Source of the DNA: a virus
Lineage: Duplodnaviria; Heunggongvirae; Uroviricota; Caudoviricetes
Virus record (IMG/VR): IMGVR_UViG_2690316278_000008
DNA length: 21,852 nucleotides
Direction: 5' to 3' (one strand)
Under the pieces are notes generated by a model. The model was not told where the DNA came from, made no database searches, and saw only the letters and a list, made by a program, of their open reading frames with translations. Shown here piece by piece: positions 1-9,757 of the stretch (positions within the stretch are counted from its first letter, which is position 1; each line of letters begins with the position of its first letter). A program made the position numbers and the translations under genes.

Positions 1-457
1 AATAAATGGTAATGACTTCACCGTCGTAAGTTGCTGCTGCCGCGAAAATATCTCCCTGAATCTCCTGAATGATATTCAGCCCTGTCATCGGGCCACTGTC
101 CAGCGTGCCAACATCAATCTTGAATGTTCCGGGTTCGCCGTTGAACTCCCACCACTCAGACACGCGAATGAGGTATCCCAGCGGCTCAATGGCCCGTCGC
201 AGGGCGCTGATGGTTCCTTTGTGTCGGTGTATCAGCCATGCATCACGAATCACCTGTCGCTTTGTCTCTTCCGGCCAGTTGCGATCCCAGCGGTCAACGG
301 AAAACGCCCAGGCGAGATAAGGCAGCAGATGCACCGGGCAGGTGTCCGGCGACCACAGCGTGTTGAGGTCTGCCGGAATGTCTGTAATGCGTGTTCCGAC
401 GGCTTCGGCACAACGCATGAAATTGCTGGCTGATGGTGGTAACAGTGAATTACTCAT
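1..457 (-). CDS. I: Tail/baseplate protein, P2 gpI-like; 3' end cut by window start
   Basis: Minus-strand ORF starting at ATG 457-455, translating MSNSLLPPSASNFMRCAEAVGTRITDIPADLNTLWSPDTCPVHLLPYLAWAFSVDRWDRNWPEE... and open to position 1. Its ATG overlaps the upstream J stop (aATGagTAA). Position after J matches the P2 V-W-J-I order. Family call from memory. Confidence 0.75.
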   Translation of the reverse strand, partial: MSNSLLPPSASNFMRCAEAVGTRITDIPADLNTLWSPDTCPVHLLPYLAWAFSVDRWDRNWPEETKRQVIRDAWLIHRHKGTISALRRAIEPLGYLIRVSEWWEFNGEPGTFKIDVGTLDSGPMTGLNIIQEIQGDIFAAAATYDGEVITIY

Positions 458-1467
458 TACGCCCACCTTCGCTGATGGTGAATGACTCACAGCGCGCCGC
501 CTGTATGTCGCTGATGGCCATATTCTGTGTGGGTTCGATTATCTCCACGCGTTGCACACCGTGCACATGCAGTGCGGCAGCAATGGCGGACAACGCCACG
601 TCCTGACCGATAAGCCCCTGCTCAGCCAGCCACTTCCTGNNNNNNNNNNNNNNNNNNNNNNNNNNNNNNNNNNNNNNNNNNNNNNNNNNNNNNNNNNNNN
701 NNNNNNNNNNNNNNNNNNNNNNNNNNNNNNNNNNNNNNNNNNNNNNNNNNNNNNNNNNNNNNNNNNNNNNNNNNNNNNNNNNNNNNNNNNNNNNNNNNNN
801 NNNNNNNNNNNNNNNNNNNNNNNNNNNNNNNNNNNNNNNNNNNNNNNNNNNNNNNNNNNNNNNNNNNNNNNNNNNNNNNNNNNNNNNNNNNNNNNNNNNN
901 NNNNNNNNNNNNNNNNNNNNNNNNNNNNNNNNNNNNNNNNNNNNNNNNNNNNNNNNNNNNNNNNNNNNNNNNNNNNNNNNNNNNNNNNNNNNNNNNNNNN
1001 NNNNNNNNNNNNNNNNNNNNNNNNNNNNNNNNNNNNNNNNNNNNNNNNNNNNNNNNNNNNNNNNNNNNNNNNNNNNNNNNNNNNNNNNNNNNNNNNNNNN
1101 NNNNNNNNNNNNNNNNNNNNGCCGGAGTGATAACCAGGCGCTTTGTGTTCATATTGCCCGCGAGGTTGTCCNNNNNNNNNNNNNNNNNNNNNNNNNNNNN
1201 NNNNTCTGTTCCGGCGCTGTGGCTCAACATGCAGGCGCGTGCGGCCTCATTGACCCGCTGGCGTAACAGCATTTCACGAAACGACATGGTTTGAGCGATA
1301 ACGTTCAGGGGTTCCGATTCCAGTTCCAGTGCGGCGGAGACGACTTCACGCTGTTCGGCGGGATAAGCTGCAATCATCATGGCCTTTGTGTCAGCCAGAA
1401 TTGCCTCAAAGTCAGGCTCCGCGATGATGGCGGGTTCCGGTAACTGGGAAAGGTCAACGGCAGGCAT
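450..1467 (-). CDS. J: Baseplate assembly protein J (P2 gpJ-like)
   Basis: ATG at 1467, N-terminus MPAVDLSQLPEPAIIAEPDFEAILADTKAMMIAAYPAEQREVVSAALELESEPLNVIAQT... resembles gpJ. Interior is N-masked (640-1120, 1172-1204). After the mask the frame that stays open and reads like protein (RKWLAEQGLIGQDVALSAIAAALHVHGVQRVEIIEPTQNMAISDIQAARCESFTISEGGRNE*) ends at TAA 452-450, not at the 622 stop in the ORF track; span is not a multiple of 3, so mask length is not frame-preserving. Confidence 0.75.
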
Positions 1468-1470
1468 GAT

Positions 1471-1821
1471 TTACTCCCTCAGCGTGATGGTTAATTCAAC
1501 ATTCTGCATGGTCTGCATGACAGTGCCCGACAGCGTCACCCCGGCGTGGCCTCCTGCCTTCCAGACAACGTCGATGGCGTTCAGGGCAATGCGTGGTTCC
1601 CATCGTGTCAGTGCAATCACGGTAGCACTCATGCATTGCAGACGCGTGGTGTTATTCATGGGTTCGTCAATCAAATCAGGCACAAGGCTGCCATATTCCC
1701 GTCGCATAACCCGGCTTGCCAGCGGGGTGGTCAGGATGTCCCTGACTGACTGTTTCAGGTGCGCCATATCGTTCAGGTTTCCCGTCCCGTCCGGGTTCAT
1801 TCCTGTGTAGCGGGTTGTCAC
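1471..1821 (-). CDS. W: Baseplate protein W (GPW/gp25 family)
   Basis: 116 aa ORF MTTRYTGMNPDGTGNLNDMAHLKQSVRDILTTPLASRVMRREYGSLVPDLIDEP...; length matches P2 gpW (~115 aa); start overlaps V stop; fully unmasked. Confidence 0.85.
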   Translation of the reverse strand: MTTRYTGMNPDGTGNLNDMAHLKQSVRDILTTPLASRVMRREYGSLVPDLIDEPMNNTTRLQCMSATVIALTRWEPRIALNAIDVVWKAGGHAGVTLSGTVMQTMQNVELTITLRE

Positions 1822-2399
1822 TGCGGGCCTCCTGTCGAATCGCTGCCACCTTTAACGCCACCGTGCTTATGCGTATGCACTGTGATGCCGTTTGAGGTGA
1901 AATCGCCGCCGCTGTGCGTGATATTGCCGCTCATCGTTCCCCCTTTTGTGACGTCAAGCGTCGCTGTTCTCAGAAGGTCTGTGCATTCCACGACAGGCGT
2001 GTTCAGTGTCACGCTGATGGATGCCTGCAAAGTGGCCGTTTTCATGCCGCTTGCGCTCAGTGCGCCTGCGTCCGCGTCGTAGCGGAACACCGCGCCGTCC
2101 GGCGCGCTGACCACGATTTCTTTCAGGCTTTTGCCGGGTGCCGGAATGGCATCACTCCACAGGCTGCCGATTATCATGGCGGTTTCCGGGTTGCCGCCGA
2201 TGCAGGCAATTGCCACCTGTTCGCCTGGTGATGGCGGAAACCACACGTTGAAGTCTCCCGCGCGCGTGGTGTTCCAGCGCAGCCAGCCTGTTTCCAGTTC
2301 GCCGCTGCGAACGCGCACGCACCAGGATTCCTCATCAACTTCAGAGATGATCCCGGTGCGGATGATATTGCTCAGCAGTCGCATGAGTTCTGCGCTCAT
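1818..2399 (-). CDS. V: Baseplate spike/assembly protein V (P2 gpV-like)
   Basis: 193 aa ORF MSAELMRLLSNIIRTGIISEVDEESWCVRVRSGELETGWLRWNTTRAGDFNVWFPPSPGEQVAIACIGGNPETAMIIGSLWSD...; ATG 2399 overlaps S stop (ATGA); fully unmasked. Confidence 0.85.
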   Translation of the reverse strand: MSAELMRLLSNIIRTGIISEVDEESWCVRVRSGELETGWLRWNTTRAGDFNVWFPPSPGEQVAIACIGGNPETAMIIGSLWSDAIPAPGKSLKEIVVSAPDGAVFRYDADAGALSASGMKTATLQASISVTLNTPVVECTDLLRTATLDVTKGGTMSGNITHSGGDFTSNGITVHTHKHGGVKGGSDSTGGPQ

Positions 2400-3031
2400 C
2401 GTACAGCCTCCGCAATCCGGCCCAGCACCGTGTTATAAATCAGGCGCTCATCTGCCTGGCTGATACCCAGCAGCTCACGTACCGGGTAATCGGTGAAAAT
2501 GCCCGGCGCAACCTGATCGCGCTCACCGAACTGATGAACGCGTGCAATACGTGCGGCCACGCCGCTGTAACCCACCGTCACACCGGAAGCATCTGCACGG
2601 GCTTTCAGGTAGCGGGCGGTGCGCAGTTTTACGAACATGGAGACGCGCCTGGTGCTGTCCTGGTTGATGCGCCGGGTGCGTATTTCCAGAAAACGGTCGA
2701 TGTCATCCCGGTAAAACGTGCGGATATTGTTTTTATCCTCATCCCACCCGGTGATGGTTCGCCCGTATTTCCCCGTGTCGTGATGCCAGTTTTTCAGCGT
2801 GCGTGCTTCGTTATTCCAGATAAAGCGAATGCGCTCCTGTATCCGGGTTACGCGGCGTCTGCGTGGTGTCCATGCGGTCCCGTCCGGCGCTTTCTGTGAC
2901 CGGATACGCGCCTGCTGGGCGCGGCGTAAATCCTGTGCCAGCTTTCTGGCGATGTTATTAATGGCCTGCTGATTCAGGCTGTCGCGGATAGCCTCAAAGG
3001 TTTCATCCACGCGGGTGAATGCCTTATCCAT
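2396..3031 (-). CDS. S: Tail completion / virion morphogenesis protein S-like
   Basis: 211 aa ORF MDKAFTRVDETFEAIRDSLNQQAINNIARKLAQDLRRAQQARIRSQKAPDGTAWTP...; sits between R and V as in P2. Longer than P2 gpS (~150 aa), so the true start may be internal. Confidence 0.65.
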   Translation of the reverse strand: MDKAFTRVDETFEAIRDSLNQQAINNIARKLAQDLRRAQQARIRSQKAPDGTAWTPRRRRVTRIQERIRFIWNNEARTLKNWHHDTGKYGRTITGWDEDKNNIRTFYRDDIDRFLEIRTRRINQDSTRRVSMFVKLRTARYLKARADASGVTVGYSGVAARIARVHQFGERDQVAPGIFTDYPVRELLGISQADERLIYNTVLGRIAEAVR

Positions 3032-3491
3032 CGCTTTCCCCCCACGTCACATCCTGGAATACATGCGACCAGTCGCCTTCGGAAGAGGGCAGGCGGGGTT
3101 TTGGCTCCGGCAGGTGTTCTGCCTGCGGTGTGCCCTGACTGCTGCGCGTGATGCGAACGCGTTCCCGCAGGGGGAGCGTAAACAGGAGATCGGCGCTGTC
3201 ATCGTCATTGATAACGGCGGAAAATTTGATGTCCTGATTACGCTCCGGATTGAGCAACAACTGTGGCTGATTTTCGGATAACCACGCCAGCAGCGGCAGC
3301 GTGAGGTCGTCCAGCTCTCCGGCGTAATCCATGACAAACATCACTATCTGATAGCGGTAAACAAACGATGGGGTTTCTCCGGTCGTTTCAATGTTGCCGC
3401 TCTCCACGAAAATGGTGAATTTTTCCGGGTTGGCATGACACCACCGGCATGAACGGGTCATGGCTTCACGCAGGGAATCAGTTTTCAGCAT
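3024..3491 (-). CDS. R: Tail completion protein R (P2 gpR-like)
   Basis: 155 aa ORF MLKTDSLREAMTRSCRWCHANPEKFTIFVESGNIETTGETPSFVYRYQIVMFVMDYAGELDDL...; same length as P2 gpR; ATG at 3491; overlaps S start. Confidence 0.75.
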   Translation of the reverse strand: MLKTDSLREAMTRSCRWCHANPEKFTIFVESGNIETTGETPSFVYRYQIVMFVMDYAGELDDLTLPLLAWLSENQPQLLLNPERNQDIKFSAVINDDDSADLLFTLPLRERVRITRSSQGTPQAEHLPEPKPRLPSSEGDWSHVFQDVTWGESDG

Positions 3492-4149
3492 GGTTGTTGT
3501 CCTCGTTGTTCAGTCGTTGCNNNNNNNNNNNNNNNNNNNNNNNNNNNNNNNNNNNNNNNNNNNNNNNNNNNNNNNNNNNNNNNNNNNNNNNNNNNNNNNN
3601 NNNNNNNNNNNNNNNNNNNNNNNNNNNNNNNNNNNNNNNNNNNNNNNNNNNNNNNNNNNNNNNNNNNNNNNNNNNNNNNNNNNNNNNNNNNNNNNNNNNN
3701 NNNNNNNNNNNNNNNNNNNNNNNNNNNNNNNNNNNNNNNNNNNNNNNNNNNNNNNNNNNNNNNNNNNNNNNNNNNNNNNNNNNNNNNNNNNNNNNNNNNN
3801 NNNNNNNNNNNNNNNNNNNNNNNNNNNNNNNNNNNNNNNNNNNNNNNNNNNNNNNNNNNNNNNNNNNNNNNNNNNNNNNNNNNNNNNNNNNNNNNNNNNN
3901 NNNNNNNNNNNNNNNNNNNNNNNNNNNNNNNNNNNNNNNNNNNNNNNNNNNNNNNNNNNNNNNNNNNNNNNNNNNNNNNNNNNNNNNNNNNNNNNNNNNN
4001 NNNNNNNNNNNNNNNNNNNNNNNNNNNNNNNNNNNNNNNNNNNNNNNNNNNNNNNNNNNNNNNNNNNNNNGTCTGAATGTCTGCCAGAGTGTTATGGTCA
4101 GCAGCGTGAGGACGGTCAGTGCCATCATCAGGATGTAACGCACTTTCAT
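3478..4149 (-). CDS. lysB: Lysis accessory region: Rz-like i-spanin (LysB-like), interior masked; may also hold an embedded o-spanin (LysC/Rz1-like) or a lysA-like gene
   Basis: ATG 4149 preceded by GGAGG; N-terminus MKVRYILMMALTVLTLLTITLWQTFR is a single TM anchor typical of a type II membrane spanin. 3521-4070 is masked. Two frames stay open to just before R (stops at 3478 and 3485). Position between endolysin and R matches P2 lysA/lysB/lysC. Confidence 0.45.
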   Translation of the reverse strand: MKVRYILMMALTVLTLLTITLWQTFRXXXXXXXXXXXXXXXXXXXXXXXXXXXXXXXXXXXXXXXXXXXXXXXXXXXXXXXXXXXXXXXXXXXXXXXXXXXXXXXXXXXXXXXXXXXXXXXXXXXXXXXXXXXXXXXXXXXXXXXXXXXXXXXXXXXXXXXXXXXXXXXXXXXXXXXXXXXXXXXXXXXXXXXXXXXXXXXXXXXXXXXXQRLNNEDNNHAEN

Positions 4150-4234
4150 GACTGGCCTCCGGTGTCACGTAAGCACCATGCACGAAAATCAGTACGACGG
4201 TTAACCAGTCCCTGTGAGCGTTCGCCGCCGCTGT

Positions 4235-4509
4235 TCACGAAGTCAGTCTGTTGCACATGTCAGGCCAGTTGTGCGCCTGTGCATGTTTCCAGATAGTGGT
4301 GCGGTGGTAGTTACGGTTCTTATCCCTGAACCACATAAGATTTCTGCATCCAAGATTAAAGGCGGCATCTGTCATTGCCTCAAACGCGGACTGTGGCATG
4401 GCGTTGCCGCTGAAGTTCTGATTTATGCAGTTTTCTGCATGTTGCATATCATTAACCCAGCGCCCGGCGACTTCCGTTTCGGTGTACAGACGATTTTCCA
4501 CATGCCCGG
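4235..4509 (-). CDS. Endolysin, lysozyme-like (only C-terminal ~88 aa visible; 5' end masked)
   Basis: Visible C-terminal translation ...NQNFSGNAMPQSAFEAMTDAAFNLGCRNLMWFRDKNRNYHRTTIWKHAQAHNWPDMCNRLTS* resembles the C-terminal helical region of phage GH24 lysozymes such as P22 gp19. Stop at 4235. Upstream is masked from 4510, so the start is unknown; this is the P2 K position. Confidence 0.5.
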
Positions 4510-4870
4510 NNNNNNNNNNNNNNNNNNNNNNNNNNNNNNNNNNNNNNNNNNNNNNNNNNNNNNNNNNNNNNNNNNNNNNNNNNNNNNNNNNNNNNNNNNN
4601 NNNNNNNNNNNNNNNNNNNNNNNNNNNNNNNNNNNNNNNNNNNNNNNNNNNNNNNNNNNNNNNNNNNNNNNNNNNNNNNNNNNNNNNNNNNNNNNNNNNN
4701 NNNNNNNNNNNNNNNNNNNNNNNNNNNNNNNNNNNNNNNNNNNNNNNNNNNNNNNNNNNNNNNNNNNNNNNNNNNNNNNNNNNNNNNNNNNNNNNNNNNN
4801 NNNNNNNNNNNNNNNNNNNNNNNNNNNNNNNNNNNNNNNNNNNNNNNNNNNNNNNNNNNNNNNNNNNNNN

Positions 4871-4963
4871 GCTGCATGGCGGTTTCCATCAGGCGGCGAT
4901 GTCGCCAGGCATGTAATGCAGACAGAGAACCGAGTAACAACCCGGCAAGGGCGATTTTTTCAN
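4871..4963 (-). CDS. Possible holin fragment (island between masked runs)
   Basis: Minus-strand translation of the 93-nt island: EKIALAGLLLGSLSALHAWRHRRLMETAMQ, a hydrophobic helix followed by a basic segment, lying where holin Y would be upstream of the endolysin. Frame and boundaries cannot be verified. Confidence 0.3.
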
Positions 4964-6068
4964 NNNNNNNNNNNNNNNNNNNNNNNNNNNNNNNNNNNNN
5001 NNNNNNNNNNNNNNNNNNNNNNNNNNNNNNNNNNNNNNNNNNNNNNNNNNNNNNNNNNNNNNNNNNNNNNNNNNNNNNNNNNNNNNNNNNNNNNNNNNNN
5101 NNNNNNNNNNNNNNNNNNNNNNNNNNNNNNNNNNNNNNNNNNNNNNNNNNNNNNNNNNNNNNNNNNNNNNNNNNNNNNNNNNNNNNNNNNNNNNNNNNNN
5201 NNNNNNNNNNNNNNNNNNNNNNNNNNNNNNNNNNNNNNNNNNNNNNNNNNNNNNNNNNNNNNNNNNNNNNNNNNNNNNNNNNNNNNNNNNNNNNNNNNNN
5301 NNNNNNNNNNNNNNNNNNNNNNNNNNNNNNNNNNNNNNNNNNNNNNNNNNNNNNNNNNNNNNNNNNNNNNNNNNNNNNNNNNNNNNNNNNNNNNNNNNNN
5401 NNNNNNNNNNNNNNNNNNNNNNNNNNNNNNNNNNNNNNNNNNNNNNNNNNNNNNNNNNNNNNNNNNNNNNNNNNNNNNNNNNNNNNNNNNNNNNNNNNNN
5501 NNNNNNNNNNNNNNNNNNNNNNNNNNNNNNNNNNNNNNNNNNNNNNNNNNNNNNNNNNNNNNNNNNNNNNNNNNNNNNNNNNNNNNNNNNNNNNNNNNNN
5601 NNNNNNNNNNNNNNNNNNNNNNNNNNNNNNNNNNNNNNNNNNNNNNNNNNNNNNNNNNNNNNNNNNNNNNNNNNNNNNNNNNNNNNNNNNNNNNNNNNNN
5701 NNNNNNNNNNNNNNNNNNNNNNNNNNNNNNNNNNNNNNNNNNNNNNNNNNNNNCCCGCTGAAATNNNNNNNNNNNNNNNNNNNNNNNNNNNNNNNNNNNN
5801 NNNNNNNNNNNNNNNNNNNNNNNNNNNNNNNNNNNNNNNNNNNNNNNNNNNNNNNNNNNNNNNNNNNNNNNNNNNNNNNNNNNNNNNNNNNNNNNNNNNN
5901 NNNNNNNNNNNNNNNNNNNNNNNNNNNNNNNNNNNNNNNNNNNNNNNNNNNNNNNNNNNNNNNNNNNNNNNNNNNNNNNNNNNNNNNNNNNNNNNNNNNN
6001 NNNNNNNNNNNNNNNNNNNNNNNNNNNNNNNNNNNNNNNNNNNNNNNNNNNNNNNNNNNNNNNNNNNN

Positions 6069-6791
6069 TGCGGAATCGGCTTTTTTCAGGGCGCGGGAAA
6101 GGGTTGCAATCTCGCGNNNNNNNNNNNNNNNNNNNNNNNNNNNNNNNNNNNNNNNNNNNNNNNNNNNNNNNNNNNNNNNNNNNNNNNNNNNNNNNNNNNN
6201 NNNNNNNNGTGATGAGGCCATGCTGTCCGCATCGCTCAGGCCACGGCGGGCAAAGGCGCACGCCTTGCATAATTTGGCGCGCACTTCGTCCGGCATATCC
6301 TGGTTGGCGACAATTTCCCAAAGTGTGTCCAGTGGTTCGATAAAGACGGACAAATCCGCGTCGGCATCCGTCCCGGCCTGCGTCAGTACCGGATTGCAGA
6401 TTTCTTCGGTCAGCACTGTGGCAGCAGTACGGCCAAAGTTATCCGGCATGATGAGGTTGTGACGGACCGCATACGCACCAATACGCAGCGCAAGCGGAAG
6501 ATCGCCGCAGTCAATCGCCCACACCATCAGCGTGGCAATCACTTCGTCCTGTTGCCCGCCGTCAGCCTCCAGCGTTCCCTCAATCCAGCCGGAAAAGTCC
6601 GGCAACAACGCTTTTTTGATGTCGGCTTTCGCGCTTCTGGCCTGTACGCCCTTAAGCCGGGCCTGTGCCAGACGCAGACGATACAGCACCTCTTCATGCG
6701 CGGTACGCGCGGCGTGGTCCACACCTTCATTCGCCCGGCCTGCGCGCTGTGCCATCACGTTCTGCCAGTGTTGCTGTGCAGGAGTAATCAT
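6069..6791 (-). CDS. M: Terminase small (endonuclease) subunit, P2 gpM-like; 3' end masked
   Basis: ATG 6791 preceded by GGAGA; MITPAQQHWQNVMAQRAGRANEGVDHAARTAHEEVLYRLRLAQARLKGVQARSAKADIKKALLPDFSGW...DMPDEVRAKLCKACAFARRG resembles gpM. The same frame resumes in island 6069-6115 (REIATLSRALKKADSA). The 779 aa track ORF 4452..6791 is a masking artefact spanning M, L, X, Y and K. Confidence 0.8.
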
Positions 6792-6808
6792 TTTTTCTCT
6801 CCGTTACA

Positions 6809-6827
6809 GGCGGGCATGATGCCCGCC
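6809..6827. promoter_or_regulatory. Perfect inverted repeat between capsid gene N and terminase gene M (possible mRNA hairpin)
   Basis: ggcgggcat-g-atgcccgcc: 9-bp arms, 1-nt centre. On the minus-strand mRNA it lies 9 nt after the proposed N stop and about 10 nt before the M ribosome-binding site. No U-tract follows. Confidence 0.3.
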
Positions 6828-6836
6828 GTGAGTTGA

Positions 6837-7969
6837 TTAGCTGTCGGCGAANNNNNNNNNNNNNNNNNNNNNNNNNNNNNNNNNNNNNNNNNNNNNNNNN
6901 NNNNNNNNNNNNNNNNNNNNNNNNNNNNNNNNNNNNNNNCAGTGACCATCGCGCACTTGCCATAGTCTTCAACGACATAAGCGTCATTGATGGACTGGTA
7001 GGTGGCGATGCGGTTGTATTCCGGTTCGTCTTTCATCAGACGACGCATTGAACCTTTCTGCCAGTAAATCGACAGGTTGTTGAATGAGGTGATCAGCATC
7101 GTTGCATCCGGGAAGAACGGTGCAAGGAACACACCCAGCCCGCCAATGGTGCGCGATGACAGGATGAGCTGCCCGGCAAGTAATTCCGCATTGGGATTCT
7201 GGCCGCTGATGCTGTTCAGCACTGGCAGACGCAGCGAGTTAAACAGGTTGCGCCCCATAATCACCACGAGGTCGTCAGCTTCCTTGTGCCATTCATCCAG
7301 CAGAGATGAGCGCGCGTCCTGTACCAGTGCATCAGGGTTCGCGTATTTACCCGCGTGCGCCACGGTGTTGTCCATGTTGCGGGAAGTCAGCGTCACGTCA
7401 TTCATTACGCGCTCGCTGGCATTGGTTCTGATGTGCTCCAGCCACCCCACGTTAACGTCCTGAAGCAGCTTGTTGGTGCTGAAGTTGGACTCATCCGCGT
7501 GAGATGTGCCGTTGAAACCGATCATGATGCGGTCAAGTGCCACCTGTCGGGCAATCTGTGCGCTGATGCGGGACTGAAAATCGCTGTGTGCCGACCAGGC
7601 ATCAAGCTGCGGATACGAAATAAACGTGTCGTAGTTCACCTGTTCGCACTGGTATTTGCGGTTTTTCAGATCAACCACGTTATTCGGGTTACGGCGTTTT
7701 GTTCCGTCATAACTGGTATTTGTGCGTGCAATCGGTCCTGTGGTGTCCAGGAGGATTTTTTCGCCTTTCTGGTCGGTCACGCCGATCACGTTAATTTTTT
7801 TTGTAAGTTCGGTGCTATCCTTTGAGGCGTTTTCAAAACGTTGCTGCACCGCAGGTTCCACGGTAAATCGCGATACCAGTGCAGAAACCGGGATATTGTT
7901 AAGCGACGCCTGCTGCGCCATATAGCAACCCAGCTTGTTGCGGGTAATATCTGACATCACCAGATTCAT
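6837..7969 (-). CDS. N: Major capsid protein (P2 gpN-like)
   Basis: ATG 7969 preceded by GGAG; ...SRFTVEPAVQQRFENASKDSTELTKKINVIGVTDQKGEKI...MIGFNGTSHADE...GWLEHIRTNASERVMN...NLSIYWQKGSMRRLMKDEPEYNRIATYQSINDAYVVEDYGKCAMV resembles gpN throughout. 6852-6939 is masked; the proposed stop is TAA 6839-6837 (reads ...FADS*), not the 6788 end given by the track. Confidence 0.85.
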
Positions 7970-7992
7970 AAAAAATTTGCTCCTTTGTCTTA

Positions 7993-8829
7993 TCAGAAGT
8001 CAGCCAGCTGGTCGGAGGCTGCGCCCGTTGCGGTGAACCGGTTCTGCGGATCGCCGTCCTGCGTGCGCAGTTTTTCCTTCAGTGCTGTCAGCTCCGTGGT
8101 CAGTAAAGTGATTTTCTGGCTGTCCTGCTGATGGCGTGTTTCCAGCGCATTAAAACGGTCGATAATGTCGGCCTGTGACGTTGCGACGCTTTCCACCGCT
8201 TCCTGAATACGGGAGAAACTGGCGTCATCCGCTTTGCGGCCACGACCAATAATCCCCATTACGCGGTTAAACCACTGGGTGCCTTCTTCCTGGCGTTGTT
8301 CTGCCATTTCGATGATTTCAGACTCGATGGCTTCGGAGATAAGCGGTGCTTCACCCTGGATACTGTTGAACGTCATCACCGCCTGACGTTGCTGTGCCGT
8401 GAATTTCAGGCGCTCAGTGCCCAGGCTTGCCGGGGTGTCGGTCATCGCCAGCCCGACCAGATAGGCGCGCCCGTTAACGGAGAACTGCGGGTGCAGTTCG
8501 ATACTGGAATAGATTTTCTTGCCGTCCGCGACAAGCTGCTTCATGCGCTCGGTCGGTTCGATTTCTGCATACAGCGCAGTACGTCCGGCCAGCGGACCTT
8601 CCGTAATGTCTTCCGTACTCAGTGCGGTGACATCGCCCATTGCGGAAAATTCGCTTGACGGGCATGGCGAGAGATAGTGCTCAACGTTCACGCGGGCAGC
8701 GTAAACATCCGGGTTGAAGTTCTCGGCGGCTTCACGCAGATGCACCGGACTGATTTCACGGCCATCAACAGTTGATCCGGAGACAGCCACGCGAAACTTT
8801 TTGCGGGATGTCTTTTTTTCATTAGCCAT
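7993..8829 (-). CDS. O: Capsid scaffolding protein (P2 gpO-like)
   Basis: Proposed start ATG 8829 (MANEKKTSRKKFRVAVSGSTVDGREISPVHLREAAENFNPDVYAARVNVEHY...) preceded by GAGGGG; the track's upstream start at 8862 adds 11 residues not expected for gpO. Contains ...YLVGLAMTDTPASLGTERLKF.... TGA at 7995-7993. Confidence 0.85.
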   Translation of the reverse strand: MANEKKTSRKKFRVAVSGSTVDGREISPVHLREAAENFNPDVYAARVNVEHYLSPCPSSEFSAMGDVTALSTEDITEGPLAGRTALYAEIEPTERMKQLVADGKKIYSSIELHPQFSVNGRAYLVGLAMTDTPASLGTERLKFTAQQRQAVMTFNSIQGEAPLISEAIESEIIEMAEQRQEEGTQWFNRVMGIIGRGRKADDASFSRIQEAVESVATSQADIIDRFNALETRHQQDSQKITLLTTELTALKEKLRTQDGDPQNRFTATGAASDQLADF

Positions 8830-8950
8830 AGTTTTTGCCCCTCTGACTGGTTCTTCAGTCATGATGGCAAAGCGTAACAGGCTGATACAAAGGGCTTTTG
8901 TTGTAAGAAAACGGCCAGAACAGGGGGTTAAGGAGAACGGTTTCGCGCGC
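8830..8950. promoter_or_regulatory. Divergent O/P intergenic region (expected late promoters); only partly visible
   Basis: Non-coding stretch between the O start (8829, minus) and the masked 5' region of P (plus). P2-like phages place back-to-back late promoters here. No clean TGT-N12-ACA activator site found in the visible part; a strong AAGGAG at 8929-8934 faces the mask. Confidence 0.3.
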
Positions 8951-9757
8951 NNNNNNNNNNNNNNNNNNNNNNNNNNNNNNNNNNNNNNNNNNNNNNNNNN
9001 NNNNNNNNNNNNNNNNNNNNNNNNNNNNNNNNNNNNNNNNNNNNNNNNNNNNNNNNNNNNNNNNNNNNNNNNNNNNNNNNNNNNNNNNNNNNNNNNNNNN
9101 NNNNNNNNNNNNNNNNNNNNNNNNNNNNNNNNNNNNNNNNNNNNNNNNNNNNNNNNNNNNNNNNNNNNNNNNNNNNNNNNNNNNNNNNNNNNNNNNNNNN
9201 NNNNNNNNNNNNNNNNNNNNNNNNNNNNNNNNNNNNNNNNNNNNNNNNNNNNNNNNNNNNNNNNNNNNNNNNNNNNNNNNNNNNNNNNNNNNNNNNNNNN
9301 NNNNNNNNNNNNNNNNNNNNNNNNNNNNNNNNNNNNNNNNNNNNNNNNNNNNNNNNNNNNNNNNNNNNNNNNNNNNNNNNNNNNNNNNNNNNNNNNNNNN
9401 NNNNNNNNNNNNNNNNNNNNNNNNNNNNNNNNNNNNNNNNNNNNNNNNNNNNNNNNNNNNNNNNNNNNNNNNNNNNNNNNNNNNNNNNNNNNNNNNNNNN
9501 NNNNNNNNNNNNNNNNNNNNNNNNNNNNNNNNNNNNNNNNNNNNNNNNNNNNNNNNNNNNNNNNNNNNNNNNNNNNNNNNNNNNNNNNNNNNNNNNNNNN
9601 NNNNNNNNNNNNNNNNNNNNNNNNNNNNNNNNNNNNNNNNNNNNNNNNNNNNNNNNNNNNNNNNNNNNNNNNNNNNNNNNNNNNNNNNNNNNNNNNNNNN
9701 NNNNNNNNNNNNNNNNNNNNNNNNNNNNNNNNNNNNNNNNNNNNNNNNNNNNNNNNN

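Noticed and set aside
1379-2463. Plus-strand ORFs antisense to W, V and S (1379..1810, 1759..2082, 1914..2231, 2131..2463)
   Set aside because: Overlap well-supported minus-strand tail genes; translations are Cys/Arg/Pro-rich and lack ribosome-binding sites.
4214-6462. Long plus-strand ORFs (515 aa and 528 aa)
   Set aside because: Almost entirely masked, antisense to the late operon; visible parts are low-complexity and Arg/Cys-rich, typical of spurious frames.
4452-6791. 779-aa minus-strand ORF in the track
   Set aside because: Spans multiple N-masked runs; its N-terminus is gpM and its unmasked islands fit holin and other genes of the L-X-Y-K region. A read-through artefact, not one gene.
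8830-8950. Ogr-type late-promoter activator site (TGT-N12-ACA) in the O/P intergenic region
   Set aside because: Searched the visible part; only TGT...ACA pairs with 15-18 nt spacing were found, and most of the region is masked.
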